Below the pieces are notes generated by a model that was not told the DNA's origin, did no database searches, and was given only the letters and a program-made list of their open reading frames with translations. From Acholeplasma sp. (GTDB lineage Bacteria; Bacillota_I; Bacilli_A; Acholeplasmatales; UBA5453): a stretch of DNA of 64,000 nucleotides. Both the position numbers and the translations under genes were made by a program. Where the stretch lies: contig JAVBWN010000003.1 of NCBI GenBank assembly GCA_036677365.1, positions 1 to 64,000 of the forward strand. The letters are read 5' to 3'. Shown piece after piece: positions 48,101 through 58,534 of the stretch; the first letter of the stretch is position 1, and each line of letters opens with the position of its first letter.

Positions 48101-49807
48101 TTATAAGTTTGGTTGATCAATCATTCGAATGGCCGTGTTGATCCAAGTTAAGATGGACATCGATAACCCAACGGTAATCCACATAAATCCACCAGCCGCG
48201 ATGCCAGAAGGATAGTAACTGATGACTTGAATCATCATACTACTAAAATCAAAGGAAAGGATACACGTGAACAAAGCCAATGCTAGGAATAGTATTGAAA
48301 ACAAAGTATCTATGCCTAAGTGAATCCATTTGTTTTTCAACAAGAAGTGTTTTACACCGAACAATAGTATCAATACAAACAAACCAATCGGTGGAATTAA
48401 TATATAGTAGGTACCATGAACATTGAATGCAGGATTGACAATGCTAAAGCCTTTTACGACATCCCATAGATAGGCATCGAAGCGGTGCTTAGTATATAAA
48501 ATAGGTTGTGTCAAACTAAGTAGCAGGATGACTACCATGGAAATGATGAAAATTTCAAATGCCTTTTTTAAGTACTTTGGATTTCTAAATAGTAATTCAA
48601 AACCAAAGCCAATCAAAATGGCTGGGATGGTGATGAATCCAGGAAAAGCATGCATGCTTCTATGTGTATACGTGAAGAATAGTACGACAAACGCTAAAGT
48701 GATGATGACATTTCTTAAATAGCTGAAGAAGCGTTCATTGTATCTATGTTCTGTTCTTACCTCATAAATCATCATGATGGTTGAGCATACCCATGTAATC
48801 AAAAAGAAAGCAAATGAATAATCAAAGTATTCCATGAAATGGCCTGGTTGGTCAAAAGGCACTGTACCATCATGTGAAAAACCTGTGATGATTAAACCGA
48901 TGGATAATACAATGGAAATCAACAATCCAATTGCACCTTTTTTATCAACGATGGCTAAATAGACATTAGGTAACAAAATGACAATTGGAATGAAGAAAAT
49001 CAAACGATTCATCGTACCCCAAACAAAATCATAGATCAAGATACCGAAGAAAATAAATACAAATAGGAACATCCCAATCATAATGGTTCGATAAATATTT
49101 TGATTATGAACGATGCTTTCGTGCTTGTAAGTTACAGATTTATACATTTTCAAGACAACCATCGATATGGGAATTGATAACATCAAGGCCACTGCAGCTG
49201 ACCATAAGAAACTTAAGAAATCGATATAATGATCATTCAGCACATATACCAGTCCATAGCCCATTTCTTCCACGATGTATTTCAAAATAAATTGTGGTAA
49301 TAAAATCGCGATGGCAGAGATGAGTGTAACGATTTGAAGTTTAGATTGACGATAAATCGTAAACTTATCCAAATCATTGAACACCGATGCTCGAATGAAT
49401 TGGTATTTGCCATATTGGTAAATGATAAACCCAATGAACCACCCGATGGATAATGGAATCAAACTCACAAATTTGTCTTCCTTCAAATAAATCAGACCTA
49501 TCCCAATCAACAATCCAAATAATATAAACGCGAGTGATACACGTGAGATCATTTCAAATAAAGATACAACTTTGACGGAAGTGGTTTCACAACCAATCGC
49601 TTGATCACCATTCAATAATTCATCGACAGACACGCCCAAAGTGTAAGCGAGTTTAGGTAGAATGGTGACTTCAGGGTACCCCTCACCAGTCTCCCAACGT
49701 GAGATGGCTTTGTCGGTTACTTGCAATATTTCAGCCAATTCACTTTGAGTCATTTTCTTTTCTTTTCGTTTTTTCGCAATAAACTGCCCAGTTGTTTTTG
49801 TGTTCAT
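48101..49807 (-). CDS. XRE/HTH_3 regulator fused to a multi-pass membrane domain
   Basis: MTQSELAE...DKAISRWETG..P followed by many TM segments. Confidence 0.85.
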   Translation of the reverse strand: MNTKTTGQFIAKKRKEKKMTQSELAEILQVTDKAISRWETGEGYPEVTILPKLAYTLGVSVDELLNGDQAIGCETTSVKVVSLFEMISRVSLAFILFGLLIGIGLIYLKEDKFVSLIPLSIGWFIGFIIYQYGKYQFIRASVFNDLDKFTIYRQSKLQIVTLISAIAILLPQFILKYIVEEMGYGLVYVLNDHYIDFLSFLWSAAVALMLSIPISMVVLKMYKSVTYKHESIVHNQNIYRTIMIGMFLFVFIFFGILIYDFVWGTMNRLIFFIPIVILLPNVYLAIVDKKGAIGLLISIVLSIGLIITGFSHDGTVPFDQPGHFMEYFDYSFAFFLITWVCSTIMMIYEVRTEHRYNERFFSYLRNVIITLAFVVLFFTYTHRSMHAFPGFITIPAILIGFGFELLFRNPKYLKKAFEIFIISMVVILLLSLTQPILYTKHRFDAYLWDVVKGFSIVNPAFNVHGTYYILIPPIGLFVLILLFGVKHFLLKNKWIHLGIDTLFSILFLALALFTCILSFDFSSMMIQVISYYPSGIAAGGFMWITVGLSMSILTWINTAIRMIDQPNL

Positions 49808-49966
49808 GGACTCACCTCACTCATAGGATACAATTTCCTTATAAAAACCACTACCCACGCAAACTAGAATCGCTCTATGAATCGTGGACAACCCCATTTT
49901 ACCTTAAATCAGAAAAAAATAAAACCACTAAAAAATAGTGGTTTTTCGCTTATTTAAGCCTTTTTA

Positions 49967-50608
49967 CTAATTCACGTATGGACGTTCTTCTTTTTGTTCA
50001 TCCAAAATAACTTCTTTTTGCTTTTCAACTTCTTTTTGTTTTTCTTTGCCTTGATTGAGTTCAAGTTGGAATTGACGATACTTCTTATAACCACCAAAAC
50101 CATCGACACCTAGGTATCCAGCACCAATCAACGATACGATGAGTAAGAAGATGCCTACAGTTTCATAAGAGAAGTCTGGTGTGACAGCGATATAAGTACC
50201 TAAGGTAATCGCTAGGATGTGAATCCAAAATTTTGGAATTTCTGTTTTTTCACCAAGGAAGACAACCGAGTTCAAGAACACCAACGCTCTAGCATAGAAG
50301 AAGAAAGCGAGTGAATAACGGTAGACTTCTTTCCATAAATCACTATTATCCATTTGACCGGTTGCAGCGACATATATGAGCACACCACCAATGATGGTAT
50401 CAAAAATGATTTCAATCAAATTGATGGTTCTGAGCACTTCTTTTTTAAGTGTTTTTAATAAAGGAACCACCCTAAACAATGAGAAGATGACAATGACCAC
50501 ACCTGTAATCAAGTAGACAACCTCATTGGCAAATACCATATAGATGCCTACCCCAAGTAGGATGGCAGCAAGTACAAATTTTAATACCCAACCATAACCA
50601 TATTTCAT
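49967..50608 (-). CDS. Hypothetical membrane protein
   Basis: About 6 TM segments, charged C-terminal tail, GGAGG RBS. Confidence 0.7.
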   Translation of the reverse strand: MKYGYGWVLKFVLAAILLGVGIYMVFANEVVYLITGVVIVIFSLFRVVPLLKTLKKEVLRTINLIEIIFDTIIGGVLIYVAATGQMDNSDLWKEVYRYSLAFFFYARALVFLNSVVFLGEKTEIPKFWIHILAITLGTYIAVTPDFSYETVGIFLLIVSLIGAGYLGVDGFGGYKKYRQFQLELNQGKEKQKEVEKQKEVILDEQKEERPYVN

Positions 50609-50708
50609 GTAATTAAATCCTCCTCTAGTTTCTCTCATTATAGTGCATTCAATCTCATTTATCAACGAGATTAGAATGGTTTTAGAAATGAATTAGTAAA
50701 AACAAAGA

Positions 50709-51443
50709 CTAACCTATCAATTCTGATAGTTTTTTAATCGGTACTCGGATGTCGAACATCCGATTGTCATAAATGAATGCGGTATCCTCTTCAATCTTGA
50801 TCAACGGATGTAGCTTCTTCAAATACAGGCCAATCTCATATAAGCTGTATTTGTGGTTACTGTTCAGTAAGTAGATGTCAGGTGGTAAATGCAAGACCAC
50901 GTGATAGATGGCATTGGCGGTATCTTCTAGGAAAGAGGCTGAAGGGTAAAATCTTGAGGACAGTTTACACACACCATGGGCTTTCATTTGCTCATGGATG
51001 TAGTGTAACATTTGATTATGATTTTCATCATAACCAATTTGCCAGCCCAACCTTAAAATATAAGCCTTCGGGTTGATCGCAACACATGCCTCTTCACAAG
51101 CTTTCTTATAAGTACCATAATCATCATTGGGGATCACAGGGTCTGATACGACAAATGGGCCTTTTTGATTATTTCCATATACCGATACGGTGGAGGTATA
51201 AACAAATGTGATATCGAGCATGCGTGCCAGTTTTGCCAATATTTCTGCCCAAGTCACCGGACCTAAAGCACAGTGGATGATGACCCGTGGGTCATGGGAC
51301 TCGATGAACTTTTGTATGGCAGTTTCATCGTCGATGGAAACCACGCTACGGTCATAAGGTATGATTTCATAGCCTTTGGCTGTATACACTTTTGCAATCC
51401 ATGGGGCAACCGTCCCATTCATGCCAGTGATGATGACTTTCAT
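50709..51443 (-). CDS. RmlD-like NAD(P)-dependent sugar-nucleotide reductase (extended SDR)
   Basis: ITGMNGTV, STVSVY, YGTYK. Confidence 0.8.
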   Translation of the reverse strand: MKVIITGMNGTVAPWIAKVYTAKGYEIIPYDRSVVSIDDETAIQKFIESHDPRVIIHCALGPVTWAEILAKLARMLDITFVYTSTVSVYGNNQKGPFVVSDPVIPNDDYGTYKKACEEACVAINPKAYILRLGWQIGYDENHNQMLHYIHEQMKAHGVCKLSSRFYPSASFLEDTANAIYHVVLHLPPDIYLLNSNHKYSLYEIGLYLKKLHPLIKIEEDTAFIYDNRMFDIRVPIKKLSELIG

Positions 51444-51522
51444 AACATCACCTCCCCTTACTCATATTATAACGAATCGAACTTAAAAAAACAAAAAGCG
51501 AAACGATGTTCGCTTGAGGTAG

Positions 51523-52104
51523 TTATGCAGGTAATGGATCATCTTTATTTTGGCGAAACCAGTAGAGTACAGTAGAAATCATCAATAGACCATAAAACAT
51601 GTGTGTTATCGTATATATGACAAAGAATTTTTGCATGAATGCAGTATCAAATGGACTGATGTAGTATACTGCGTATAAATAGTAACCATAGAATAATATA
51701 AGCATGGATTGCATCCAAATGATCAATGCCTTACCTGCTTTGGTATATACCATCAATAAACCCAATAAGGTAATACCATGAAAAGCAAATGGTGTAAAAA
51801 TTAGGATAAGATCGATTGTCATTATGGGTTCGCTAAAATCTAAGTTTTGAAGTATGTCAATCACATTTTGAAAAATACCAAGTACACTACTAACCAACAA
51901 TATCATAAATAAGCTTGGTTTGTGCTCTACGACCAAAATAATCGCAATCCCTAAAGCAACCAACACACCTAATATATGATTCAACCCGAAAGTCATGATG
52001 TTTTGAATCGATAGACTATATTCCAATCCCCGAAACATATACACACGGTATACAATCGATAATACCAAATAAATCAATCCGGCCAACTTCAATATCCATT
52101 TCAT
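51523..52104 (-). CDS. Hypothetical membrane protein (apparent paralogue of the next gene)
   Basis: About 6 TM segments; IAIILVVEHK motif. Confidence 0.7.
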   Translation of the reverse strand: MKWILKLAGLIYLVLSIVYRVYMFRGLEYSLSIQNIMTFGLNHILGVLVALGIAIILVVEHKPSLFMILLVSSVLGIFQNVIDILQNLDFSEPIMTIDLILIFTPFAFHGITLLGLLMVYTKAGKALIIWMQSMLILFYGYYLYAVYYISPFDTAFMQKFFVIYTITHMFYGLLMISTVLYWFRQNKDDPLPA

Positions 52105-52120
52105 AGGGGCATTTCCTCTC

Positions 52121-52726
52121 TTAATCAAACGAAATATCGCTAGGAGACTTTTGAATGATCGTCTGTTTTGTTTTATCGTAATAAGTTAATGCAAACACTA
52201 ATATAATCAAAGCGGAGAATCCATAATAGATGGCGTAGGATAGAAATGTCATTTTCATCGTATAACTTGGGTAATCTGTGGTTACCAAGATGGACCCAAT
52301 TAAGAATAGTGCAAAACATATCGTTAACATTTTCGATACGATTAAGGTCAATACACCCCGTTTTTGCTGAATCAGTATCAAACCAACCAAAGACACAATG
52401 ATCAATACGACTGGTATAGTTTCAGTCAGCCAAAACATCCAGTGTAATGATATGCGAAACGTACGATAGGCTAACAACTGATATATTCCAGAAAAAAAAC
52501 CAATGCCGTGACTGATGAGTAATACAACCCATGTAAGCATCTTATGCTCAATCCATAATGCAATCGCTATGGCAATCGATAGGATCAAACTTAAGCCATT
52601 GCTTAGAATAAAATTCACTATCCATGGTGCTGATGCATGTAAAAGTATCATTTCCCATTTGAAAAAGATATTTACCATCAGTAATACCAATGAAACAATG
52701 CCACCAATCTTCACAAATTTTTTCAT
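52121..52726 (-). CDS. Hypothetical membrane protein
   Basis: About 6 TM segments; IAIALWIEHK motif. Confidence 0.7.
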   Translation of the reverse strand: MKKFVKIGGIVSLVLLMVNIFFKWEMILLHASAPWIVNFILSNGLSLILSIAIAIALWIEHKMLTWVVLLISHGIGFFSGIYQLLAYRTFRISLHWMFWLTETIPVVLIIVSLVGLILIQQKRGVLTLIVSKMLTICFALFLIGSILVTTDYPSYTMKMTFLSYAIYYGFSALIILVFALTYYDKTKQTIIQKSPSDISFD

Positions 52727-52911
52727 ACGACCTCCGAAGAATAATTATTATGAATGAAAATAATTAATAATTTATTTTTTATCGACATAACTGTCTATAT
52801 TATATCAAATAAATGTGATTAATCAATCATTATTTTGACTCGATCATATCGAAAAAAAAGACTAGGAGATGTCTCCTAATCTCAGGTTACGAAAAGATGA
52901 TTTCACACCGT

Positions 52912-53658
52912 TTATTCTTTTGGTTGTTCTGGTTCTTTGGGTTCTTCAAATGTGATTTCAGTATTTGGTGCTTCCACCGATTTTGGAAGTTTTGCTTTCT
53001 TAACAGGTTTTTCTTCCACAATCACTTCAGGTTCAATGCTGACTTTCTTGTCAAAGATTTCTTTGAAGAACATGATGTCTACAATCATGATTTCTGCGAA
53101 AATGAGTGGCATAATTAAAACGTAACCTAAGGATAGTATCATACCGATGAATGGAACAAGTCTAGCGAAAATGGCGATGACTAAGCTGATACCTAGTGGA
53201 ACAACAGCACCCAATAAACGAAGCATGAACAAATTGACTTTATTGCCATTCATGACTTCAAAAGAAGATTTGAATGCTTCAGAAGTCGTCATATCTGGTT
53301 TTTCAGTGATGATATAAAATAATGGCGCAAGTGAGAATGCAAAGATGATCCCTGGAATGAAGAATAAAGCAAAACCGGCAGCAATGACCACAATTTGTAG
53401 TAATGAAGCAATCAACAATCTGAGGTAACGATCTGCGGTCATATCGACCCCTTTTAAGGTTTCAAACAAATCGGCTTCCCCTTTTTCTAAGAAGGCTTTG
53501 AAGAAAGATACCGACGCAATCATCGCAATCGGTGTGAGCACGGGCACGGCTAGTGATAATATGAGTATCACTGAAAATAACAAAAGCTTCACCAAATTCA
53601 TGAGCCCTTTTTTGAAGACGAGTTTATAAGCCTCGACGTGGTACTGAACAAAATTCAT
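52912..53658 (-). CDS. DUF975-like membrane protein
   Basis: LFFIPGII...YII.E.P......A.K.S..VMNGNK..LF pattern. Confidence 0.75.
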   Translation of the reverse strand: MNFVQYHVEAYKLVFKKGLMNLVKLLLFSVILILSLAVPVLTPIAMIASVSFFKAFLEKGEADLFETLKGVDMTADRYLRLLIASLLQIVVIAAGFALFFIPGIIFAFSLAPLFYIITEKPDMTTSEAFKSSFEVMNGNKVNLFMLRLLGAVVPLGISLVIAIFARLVPFIGMILSLGYVLIMPLIFAEIMIVDIMFFKEIFDKKVSIEPEVIVEEKPVKKAKLPKSVEAPNTEITFEEPKEPEQPKE

Positions 53659-53912
53659 AAATCCCCTTTCTCCCTCAAGGGAAACGTCTATCTACTGACG
53701 TTTACTTTTCAAGGTCATTATACCCTAAAAACGCATCATTTCAATCAAAAATCGTCAAAATTTGAATATTTATTTCAACAGATTGTGCTAAAATAGATGT
53801 GGATTTGTGGCGATACACGTATTGGATAGCATGAACTATTTTTTTTGCAACCAAGCGTTGCGTGACAGATCTATTGTTGGCATATACAATAAAGTTGTTG
53901 GAGGGTAAAGAC

Positions 53913-53960
53913 ATGTGGATTACATCAAAAATACAAAACATCGTTGTTATAACGAAATAG
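53913..53960 (+). other. Putative 15-aa leader peptide MWITSKIQNIVVITK
   Basis: Strong GGAGG RBS; lies in the structured leader of the ABC operon. Confidence 0.5.
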
Positions 53961-54014
53961 CTTTACCTCAACACAATAAGCATCATCAAACCAACACAGT
54001 AGGAGAATATAATT

Positions 54015-55019
54015 ATGGAAATCATCAAAGTAGAAAATTTGAAAAAAGAGTTCATCATATATGAAAAAGAACCTGGACTCAAAGGCGTCATCAAAAGTTT
54101 TTATAACGCGAAAAAGATTGTTAAAAAAGCTGTGGATGACGTATCATTTACGATCCAACAAGGGGAAATTGTTGGATACATCGGACCCAATGGGGCCGGC
54201 AAATCGACCACCATCAAGATGCTGACAGGCATTTTAACACCAACCTCTGGTGAAGTTAGAGTCGATGGCATCATCCCTTATCAAAAACGTACCGTCAATG
54301 CGAAAAAGATTGGGGTTGTTTTTGGTCAACGTACACAACTCTGGTGGGATTTACCACTGATTGAATCGTTCACCGTCTTAAAAGAAATTTATCAAATTAG
54401 TGATGCAGATTATAAAGAACGTTTGGCGTATTTTACGGAACTCTTTGGTTTAAATGAGTTCATCAAACAACCGGTGAGACAACTGTCTTTAGGTCAGCGC
54501 ATGAAAGCGGACATCGTCGCCTCGTTATTGCACAACCCAAAATTATTATTTCTAGATGAACCAACCATTGGTCTAGATGTCATTGCGAAAGAAAACATTC
54601 GTAAGACATTGAAAGACATCCATGAGAAGTACCAAACCACCATCATCTTAACTACCCATGACTTGGCTGATATTGAAGAGTTGTGCGATCGTATCATGAT
54701 GATTGACCAAGGGAAAATCATTTACGATGGTAGTTTGGAAACCATCAAAGCGAAGTTTGGATCGAAGAAAATCGTTTGTTTCACTTTAAAGAACGATTCA
54801 GACATCGATTTAAAAGTCTTCGAAACCTTGAAACAAAAAGACACCGATTTGACGTGTTCAATTGAGAATAAACAATTGACCGTCATCTTCAATAAACTCA
54901 AAATCAACGTGGGCGACATCATTGGCCCTGTATTGACACAAACCGAAGTACTCGATATCGATATTTCCGATGACCATCTCGAAAATATCATCAAAGCGAT
55001 TTATAAAAACGGTCTATGA
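54015..55019 (+). CDS. ABC exporter ATP-binding protein (drug-resistance type)
   Basis: GPNGAGKST, FGQRTQLWWDLP, LSLGQRM, DEPTIGLD. Confidence 0.93.
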   Translation: MEIIKVENLKKEFIIYEKEPGLKGVIKSFYNAKKIVKKAVDDVSFTIQQGEIVGYIGPNGAGKSTTIKMLTGILTPTSGEVRVDGIIPYQKRTVNAKKIGVVFGQRTQLWWDLPLIESFTVLKEIYQISDADYKERLAYFTELFGLNEFIKQPVRQLSLGQRMKADIVASLLHNPKLLFLDEPTIGLDVIAKENIRKTLKDIHEKYQTTIILTTHDLADIEELCDRIMMIDQGKIIYDGSLETIKAKFGSKKIVCFTLKNDSDIDLKVFETLKQKDTDLTCSIENKQLTVIFNKLKINVGDIIGPVLTQTEVLDIDISDDHLENIIKAIYKNGL

Positions 55020-55825
55020 TATCCAAGATTAAAAAGTATTTACCGTTCTTTAGAACGAGTGTCATGAACATGTTCATCTATCGGGGTACGATTATATTAT
55101 GGCTTTTATTAGACGTATTCCAATTCTTTATGATGGTCTTTTTATGGATGAGTGTTTATGAATACAACCAATCCATCCAAGGGTTTACCTTGCATGAAAT
55201 GTTACTGTATTATTTAATCACCAATTTGTTGTATGTCTTTTCTGATACTGAAGCGATGTATATCATGAGTGAGGAAATCAGAGAAGGTAGAATCAGTATG
55301 ATGCTGATCAAACCGATTTCTTATAAAGCACGTTTATACTCAGAAGTATTTGGACGTGTGATTGGTATATTCTCATTGACATTACCGATTGTTGGGATCA
55401 CAGCAGGGGTTTTGTTATGGGCATTTAAAATCCCTTTCCCAATCACAGGGTTACAAGTTTTACTCGCGATTGGATTTGTCCCTTTGATCTTCATGTTGAT
55501 GTTTGAATTTACCTATTTCTTTGGTACGATATCCATCCATACCACCAACGTATTTGGTCTAGCGATATTAATGAATGTGGTCATCCGTATTGTTTCAGGA
55601 CAACTCATTCCACTGGCATTATACCCAACCGCCATTTTAAACGTGATTGATTATCTCCCTTTCAAATACATCAGTTACCCTACATTAGTCATGCTCGGTA
55701 AAATATCGACCACAGATGCGTTACAAGGTTTACTGATCTTAGCCATTTGGGTTCTCGTATTCAATCTCTTTTCTAACCTCATCTTCAAACTCTCGATGAA
55801 GAAAATTGTGGTCTTTGGAGGTTAA
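55016..55825 (+). CDS. ABC-2 family permease (DUF990-like)
   Basis: 6 TM segments; IREG.I...LIKP, LPF, C-terminal GG. Confidence 0.88.
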   Translation: MISKIKKYLPFFRTSVMNMFIYRGTIILWLLLDVFQFFMMVFLWMSVYEYNQSIQGFTLHEMLLYYLITNLLYVFSDTEAMYIMSEEIREGRISMMLIKPISYKARLYSEVFGRVIGIFSLTLPIVGITAGVLLWAFKIPFPITGLQVLLAIGFVPLIFMLMFEFTYFFGTISIHTTNVFGLAILMNVVIRIVSGQLIPLALYPTAILNVIDYLPFKYISYPTLVMLGKISTTDALQGLLILAIWVLVFNLFSNLIFKLSMKKIVVFGG

Positions 55826-55826
55826 T

Positions 55827-56612
55827 ATGAGACATTTAAAAATTTATGGTATATTCTTTAAACAATACTTAAAAGGGTTGATGGAATACCGTGTCGATTT
55901 CTTGATCGGGATGGTAGGGTTCTTATTTACCCAAGGGGCAGGGTTGTTGTTCTTATACATCATTTTCCAAAACATCCAAGCTTTGGCTGGGTTCTCATTG
56001 GATCAAATCTTATTGATGTATGGGTTATCCTTAATTCCCAAAGGGATTGACCACTTGTTTTTTGACAATATATGGTTGTTACCAAGGTATGTCAGACAAG
56101 GCGGGATGGACAGATACATGTTACGTCCAATCAATGCGTTATATGTATTTCTAATTGAACGCTTTCAACCGGATGCGTTTGGTGAAATCATTTTAGGTTC
56201 ATTCTTAGTCATCACGACCTTATCTAATTTGAACTTAGGGCTAGACCCCGTTCAAATCATTGTGATCGTGATTACATTATTCATTGGTATATTCATATTT
56301 ACAGGGCTAAAACTCGCCACAGCATCCACATCGTTCTGGTTGAAAAACAGCTATCCACTCATTCAAGTGACCTATAATTTGAGTGACTTTATGAAATACC
56401 CAATCACCATATTCCCAAAAGTCATGCAACTCATTTTGACCTACATCATCCCATATGCATTGGTGTCTTATTATCCAGCGATGTATTTGTTTGGTGCAGT
56501 ATCGCTCATTGAACTGACACTATATTTACTTTTGGTGACACTCTTCATCATTGGGTTGGGGTTATTTGTTTGGCAAAAAGGCTTAAAACATTACGAATCC
56601 GCAGGTAGTTAG
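55827..56612 (+). CDS. ABC-2 family permease (DUF990-like)
   Basis: MEYRVDF, G.MDRYMLRP, YP..IFP, YESAGS. Confidence 0.88.
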   Translation: MRHLKIYGIFFKQYLKGLMEYRVDFLIGMVGFLFTQGAGLLFLYIIFQNIQALAGFSLDQILLMYGLSLIPKGIDHLFFDNIWLLPRYVRQGGMDRYMLRPINALYVFLIERFQPDAFGEIILGSFLVITTLSNLNLGLDPVQIIVIVITLFIGIFIFTGLKLATASTSFWLKNSYPLIQVTYNLSDFMKYPITIFPKVMQLILTYIIPYALVSYYPAMYLFGAVSLIELTLYLLLVTLFIIGLGLFVWQKGLKHYESAGS

Positions 56613-56638
56613 AAAAATAAAAACAGATTCCATCATCG

Positions 56639-56707
56639 TGATATGATCCCCTTAAAGTAGACACTACAAATAATTAAAGTTTGTAGAAGTATACAGAGAG
56701 GGGATCA
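56639..56707. mobile_element. 69-bp IS3-like miniature inverted-repeat element in a terminator loop
   Basis: TG...CA ends, TGATCCCCT/AGGGGATCA and CTACAAA/TTTGTAG inverted repeats, flanking 3-bp TCG duplication. Confidence 0.6.
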
Positions 56708-56724
56708 TCGGAACCTGTTTTTTT

Positions 56725-57768
56725 CTATTCTTTTTTGGAAACAACGATTTGTGGGAATGGAATTTCGATGTTATGCGCATTCAATATTTCTTTGATGAGC
56801 TTGCGCATGCCGCGTTCAACCACGTAATGTTGTTCATTTTCCGTTTTCGCAATCGCCCTTAAGGTGACCTGTGAGGCATCTAAAGCGGTGACACCGACCA
56901 CGGTTGGGTCTTCAACAATTTGCGGGAACATTGTTTTCAATACTTGGAGCTCCTTGTTCAAGATGTCCATCACGGATTGAATGTTTTCTTCATAGGCAAT
57001 GCCAAATTCAACCACAGCCACAGAAATGTTTCTGGAGTAGTTGATCATATTGGTGATTTCACCATTGGCTAAAATCATGACATCGCCCTTCCAGTTACGG
57101 ATACGGGTGGTTTTTAATCCGATGTCAGATACCTGGCCTTTAAAACCTTTGACTTCCACGGTATCACCGACATCAAAGTGTTGTTCGAAAATGATGAAAA
57201 ATCCAGCAATCAAGTCATTGATGAATTTTTGAGCACCTAAACCGATGACCAAACCCATGATGCCTAAACCAGCCAAGGCAGGTACGACATTCACACCCCA
57301 CATCGCTAAAATAATCAATATGGTGAGTAAACCTACGGTATATCGAATGATGGATAAAGTGACTTTCGCAATCGTTTTCTTACGTTTTTGGGTCGCCGTG
57401 GGTTTGACCCCCACTTTCTTTAAAGCAATCTTCGCGATTCTAACAATCATCATGGAAACGAAGAATACCAAAATTGTACCAATTATACGTCCAAGAGAGG
57501 CTTCAATATAGGCCAATGTACCGTCTTGTAAATCTTGAATGAGGGTATTGTAGTCAAATGACCAAATCCATAGAATGAGCAATAAACCACCAGTCATCAG
57601 GAAGAAAGATACAATATAGGCGGAAATAATGATGAATTTGTTTAGATTGTCTTCGTGTTTTTTAATCCATTTACCCTCTATAATAAATAGAAGAATGAGT
57701 AAAGCAATGATTCCAACGGTTAGTCCAGCGTTGAGATAAACCGAATTGGATAATAGAATAGTTAACAT
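56725..57768 (-). CDS. mscS: Small-conductance mechanosensitive channel
   Basis: GLVIGLGAQ...D.IAG, VGD.V, IGLKTTRI, IEIPFPQ. Confidence 0.92.
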   Translation of the reverse strand: MLTILLSNSVYLNAGLTVGIIALLILLFIIEGKWIKKHEDNLNKFIIISAYIVSFFLMTGGLLLILWIWSFDYNTLIQDLQDGTLAYIEASLGRIIGTILVFFVSMMIVRIAKIALKKVGVKPTATQKRKKTIAKVTLSIIRYTVGLLTILIILAMWGVNVVPALAGLGIMGLVIGLGAQKFINDLIAGFFIIFEQHFDVGDTVEVKGFKGQVSDIGLKTTRIRNWKGDVMILANGEITNMINYSRNISVAVVEFGIAYEENIQSVMDILNKELQVLKTMFPQIVEDPTVVGVTALDASQVTLRAIAKTENEQHYVVERGMRKLIKEILNAHNIEIPFPQIVVSKKE

Positions 57769-57918
57769 GATAATCATCCTTTCTATGAATACTATAACAT
57801 AGGTTTGGATACAAAACCAATGACAACCCCAGTTGAATTATATTTCGAATTCGAAGCAAATGATTTGATTTCGAAATAATTGAATGATAAAATCGAATCA
57901 TACGGAGGATATTATTAT

Positions 57919-58455
57919 ATGAATCAATTAAACATCGGCATCATCACAGGTTCAACCAGAGAAGGCAGGGTTTCCCCACAAGTAGCTGCATGGGTACTCG
58001 ATTACGCCAATCAAAAAGGATCAGCAAACTTTGAAGTCATCGACATCAAAGACTACCATTTACCATTTTTAGGGGAAGGCTTTAATGAAGGCGTGGTAGC
58101 ATTTCAAAACAAACTCAAACAAATGGATGGGTTCATCTTTGTGGTAGCTGAATACAACCATTCCATCACAGGGGCATTGAAGAATGCACTTGACTGGGCA
58201 AGAGATGAGTGGCACAACAAGTCTGCTGGCATCGTATCCTACGGGTCTGTCGGTGGCGCAAGAGCAGCAGAACATTTAAGAGGGATTTTAGGTGAATTGA
58301 TGGTTGCTGACGTAAGAAGTCATGTATTGCTGTCACTATTTACCGATTTTGATGGACAAACCTTTAAACCCCAAGCCTTACATCAAACCAACTTAGACGC
58401 ATTATTGAATCAAGTGGTACTATGGGGCACAGCACTCAAGACCATTAGAAAGTAA
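57919..58455 (+). CDS. NADPH-dependent FMN reductase
   Basis: GSTREGR, EYNHSITGALKNALD, GGARA. Confidence 0.93.
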   Translation: MNQLNIGIITGSTREGRVSPQVAAWVLDYANQKGSANFEVIDIKDYHLPFLGEGFNEGVVAFQNKLKQMDGFIFVVAEYNHSITGALKNALDWARDEWHNKSAGIVSYGSVGGARAAEHLRGILGELMVADVRSHVLLSLFTDFDGQTFKPQALHQTNLDALLNQVVLWGTALKTIRK

Positions 58456-58534
58456 AACACTACCATTTGGTAGTTTTTTTTCTATAATGAGATACTATAT
58501 AGGTTATAATATAAGTAGAATTGGAGGGATTCCA

